From Promethearchaeota archaeon (GTDB lineage Archaea; Asgardarchaeota; Lokiarchaeia; Sigyniarchaeales; SOKP01), in contig JAHLWH010000221.1 in the NCBI GenBank assembly GCA_019058015.1, positions 1-29,936 of the forward strand: a stretch of 29,936 bases of DNA, read 5' to 3'. The notes below the pieces were generated by a model. That model ran no database searches, was not told the DNA's origin, and saw nothing but the letters and a program-made list of their open reading frames with translations. Made by a program: the position numbers and the translations under genes. Every line of letters starts with the position of its first letter. Within the stretch, counting starts at the first letter, position 1. This document shows positions 27,729-29,936 of the stretch, one piece after another.

Positions 27729-29936
27729 TTGACGGAAAAAGGCGCAAGAATAAAAATAGATGAATATAAAGGTCCACTTGGTAAAATTAAGGGTTTTGAG
27801 TTCACTGTTGGCAAAATAGTTTCCAGTGATTATGAAGAATGGGAGCCGATGGGTCCAACTCCAAAACCAAGTATTCCTACATTAAGACCTTGGTTTTTTA
27901 AATTAATGGAACGATATCCTCCTTTCTATATGCCAATTTGCGATATGTGTTGTCTTTGTACCTTCGGAAAATGCAATTTATCAAAGGGAAAGACTGGTGC
28001 ATGTGGGATTGATATGAAAGGACAGCAAGGAAGAATAGTAGAAATAGCATGTTGTATTGGAGCAAGTTGCCATAGTGCTCATGGAGATCATTTAATCCAT
28101 CATTTAATGCATAAATTTGGAGATGTTCCGATAAATTTTGGGGATAAGATTGAAGTTGAGATGCCAATGACTCGATTAATCGTTGGTATGAAACCAGAAA
28201 GCCTTTCTGATTGTCAAGAGGCAATGAAATGGGTTCAAAATACCATTACACATCTCTTATCTGCGGGTCATACTGGACAAGAATCTAGTTATTTAGATTT
28301 TGAATCTAAAAGCTTTTTAGCTGGTCTCTGTGATAATGTAGGAATGGAGATTGCAGATGCTGTGCAAATTGCTGCATTTGGATTCCCTAAAGGAGAAGCT
28401 GACGTTCCAATAGTAGAATTGGGAATGGGAACACTTGATACAGAAAATAAAGCCACAATTTTAATGATTGGTCATAATGTAGCTCCAGGAATTGAATTAG
28501 CAGATTACATGAGAGAAAAAGGGTTAGAGAATAAAGTAGATGTGGGTGCTATATGTTGTACCGCATTGGACCTTACACGTTATTATGAAGGGGCTAAAGT
28601 TGTTGGTTCCTTATCAAGACAATTGAAATATATTCGTTCTGGGTTGGCAGATGTGGTTATGGTAGATGAACAATGTGTTCATTTACGTACTTTTGAAGAA
28701 GCAAAAAAAGTAAATGCACCTTATATTGCAACCAATGAAAAGAGAATGGAAGGGCTTCCGGATAGAACTGCAGATCCTGCCGAAGAAATTATTGATGATC
28801 TAGTTTCAGGAAAAGTAAAGGGCGTGCTCATTCTTGATCCTGAAAAAGCGGGAAAAGTTGCAGTTGAAACTGCGATTAAAGTAAAACCAATAAGAAAAGG
28901 AAAGAAATCTATTCCTGATAAAGAAGGGGCAATTGAAATGGCTAAAAAATGTATCACATGTGGAAATTGCCAGAGAAATTGCCCTAATGATTTACCTTTA
29001 ATAGATGCAATAGAAGCTGCAAAGGATGGAGATTTTAAATTATTAGCCGATATTTCAGAATGGTGTTTAGATTGCGGTCGATGTGAAGGAGAATGTATGC
29101 ATGGTGTCTCTCCCTTAGATTTAATCATATTTGCAGGACAGGAATACATTAAAAATGAAAAATATAACATTAGAGTTGGCAGAGGACCAATACTAGATAC
29201 AGAAATTAGAAATGTTGGTGCTCCAATAGTATTTGGTGAAATTCCAGGTATTGTAGCAATTATTGGTTGTGCTAATTACGCTAAAGAAATTCAAGAACTT
29301 TATCTATTGGCAGAGGAATTTTTGATTAGAAATTATATTGTTTGCGTATCTGGATGTGCAGCAATGGACATTGGATTGGTGAAAAATGAGGATGGTGAAA
29401 CTTTATATGATAGATTTCCAGGCGATTTTGATCGGGGAGGTTTAGTTAATGTTGGAAGCTGCGTTAGTAATCCACATATTTGCGGTGCTGCAGTTAAAAT
29501 TGCAAACATTTTTGCAAGGCGCCCATTACGTGGAAATTATGAGGAAATTGCTGATTATGTTTTAAATAGAGTTGGAGCAGTAGGTGTTGCTTGGGGTGCT
29601 ATGTCTCAGAAGGCGGCAAGTATTGCCAGTAGTGCAAATGGTTTGGGTATCCCAGCAATATGTGGTCCTCATGCTGCAGAATATAGACGGATGTATCTTG
29701 GTCGAACTGATAATGATGAAGTTTGGAAAGCATTCAATGCAAGAGATGGAACGTCAGGTCATCCAGTTGCCCCTGGCCCAGAACATCTTTTAACGATCGC
29801 AGAATCAATTGAGCAAGCTATTGTCCTCTGTGCTAAACTCTGTATTCGACCAGCTGATACTACTAAAGGTAGAATGATTAAACTTTCGCACTGGGTTGAC
29901 TTATCTCGCAAATATCTTGGTGTAGATCTTCCAGAA
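27729..29936 (+). CDS. cdhA: Acetyl-CoA decarbonylase/synthase (CO dehydrogenase) alpha subunit, truncated by the window end
   Basis: Manual translation from TTG 27729: EPMGPTPKP, PICDMCCLCTFGKC, GACG, CHSAHG, IGHN, ICCTA, CITCGNCQRNCP, CLDCGRCEGEC, GCANY, SGC, GSCVSN and AWGAMSQKA. Confidence 0.97.
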   Translation, partial: MTEKGARIKIDEYKGPLGKIKGFEFTVGKIVSSDYEEWEPMGPTPKPSIPTLRPWFFKLMERYPPFYMPICDMCCLCTFGKCNLSKGKTGACGIDMKGQQGRIVEIACCIGASCHSAHGDHLIHHLMHKFGDVPINFGDKIEVEMPMTRLIVGMKPESLSDCQEAMKWVQNTITHLLSAGHTGQESSYLDFESKSFLAGLCDNVGMEIADAVQIAAFGFPKGEADVPIVELGMGTLDTENKATILMIGHNVAPGIELADYMREKGLENKVDVGAICCTALDLTRYYEGAKVVGSLSRQLKYIRSGLADVVMVDEQCVHLRTFEEAKKVNAPYIATNEKRMEGLPDRTADPAEEIIDDLVSGKVKGVLILDPEKAGKVAVETAIKVKPIRKGKKSIPDKEGAIEMAKKCITCGNCQRNCPNDLPLIDAIEAAKDGDFKLLADISEWCLDCGRCEGECMHGVSPLDLIIFAGQEYIKNEKYNIRVGRGPILDTEIRNVGAPIVFGEIPGIVAIIGCANYAKEIQELYLLAEEFLIRNYIVCVSGCAAMDIGLVKNEDGETLYDRFPGDFDRGGLVNVGSCVSNPHICGAAVKIANIFARRPLRGNYEEIADYVLNRVGAVGVAWGAMSQKAASIASSANGLGIPAICGPHAAEYRRMYLGRTDNDEVWKAFNARDGTSGHPVAPGPEHLLTIAESIEQAIVLCAKLCIRPADTTKGRMIKLSHWVDLSRKYLGVDLPE

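Noticed and set aside
27696-27733. AAATATTGAC direct repeat at the cdhA start
   Set aside because: Only two 10-nt AT-rich copies, plausible by chance.
27898-29793. ORFs 27898-28224, 28721-29170 and 29584-29793
   Set aside because: Antisense or out-of-frame overlaps of cdhA.
27729-29936. Selenocysteine or stop-codon readthrough in cdhA or elsewhere
   Set aside because: No in-frame TGA interrupting a recognisable gene was seen, and no SECIS could be identified.

Overview
AT-rich archaeal chromosomal segment, most consistent with an Asgard archaeon (Lokiarchaeia-like). This is inferred from Rab-like and Arf-like small GTPases, longin/DENN-like and V4R domains, an archaeal proteasome alpha subunit and an archaeal-type CODH alpha. 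Recognisable core genes are pyruvate kinase, a three-gene RFC clamp-loader cluster (one small subunit has a degenerate Walker B), psmA and the 5' part of cdhA, which runs off the window and is absent from the ORF track. The main candidate for an undescribed system is a small-GTPase signalling neighbourhood: a longin/uDENN-like + AbrB-like + ACT-like fusion next to a Rab-like GTPase, and a longin-like/Arf fusion followed by a V4R protein. Other leads are an unannotated CdrS-like RHH gene that apparently starts at ATT, a repeated palindromic motif shared between the window start and that gene's upstream region, a 1563-aa helical-repeat protein with 360-nt DNA duplications, a hairpin cluster, and a PD-(D/E)XK nuclease overlapping a divergent open frame. 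No rRNA, tRNA, CRISPR array or transposase was recognised. All domain calls are by eye, with no database searches.
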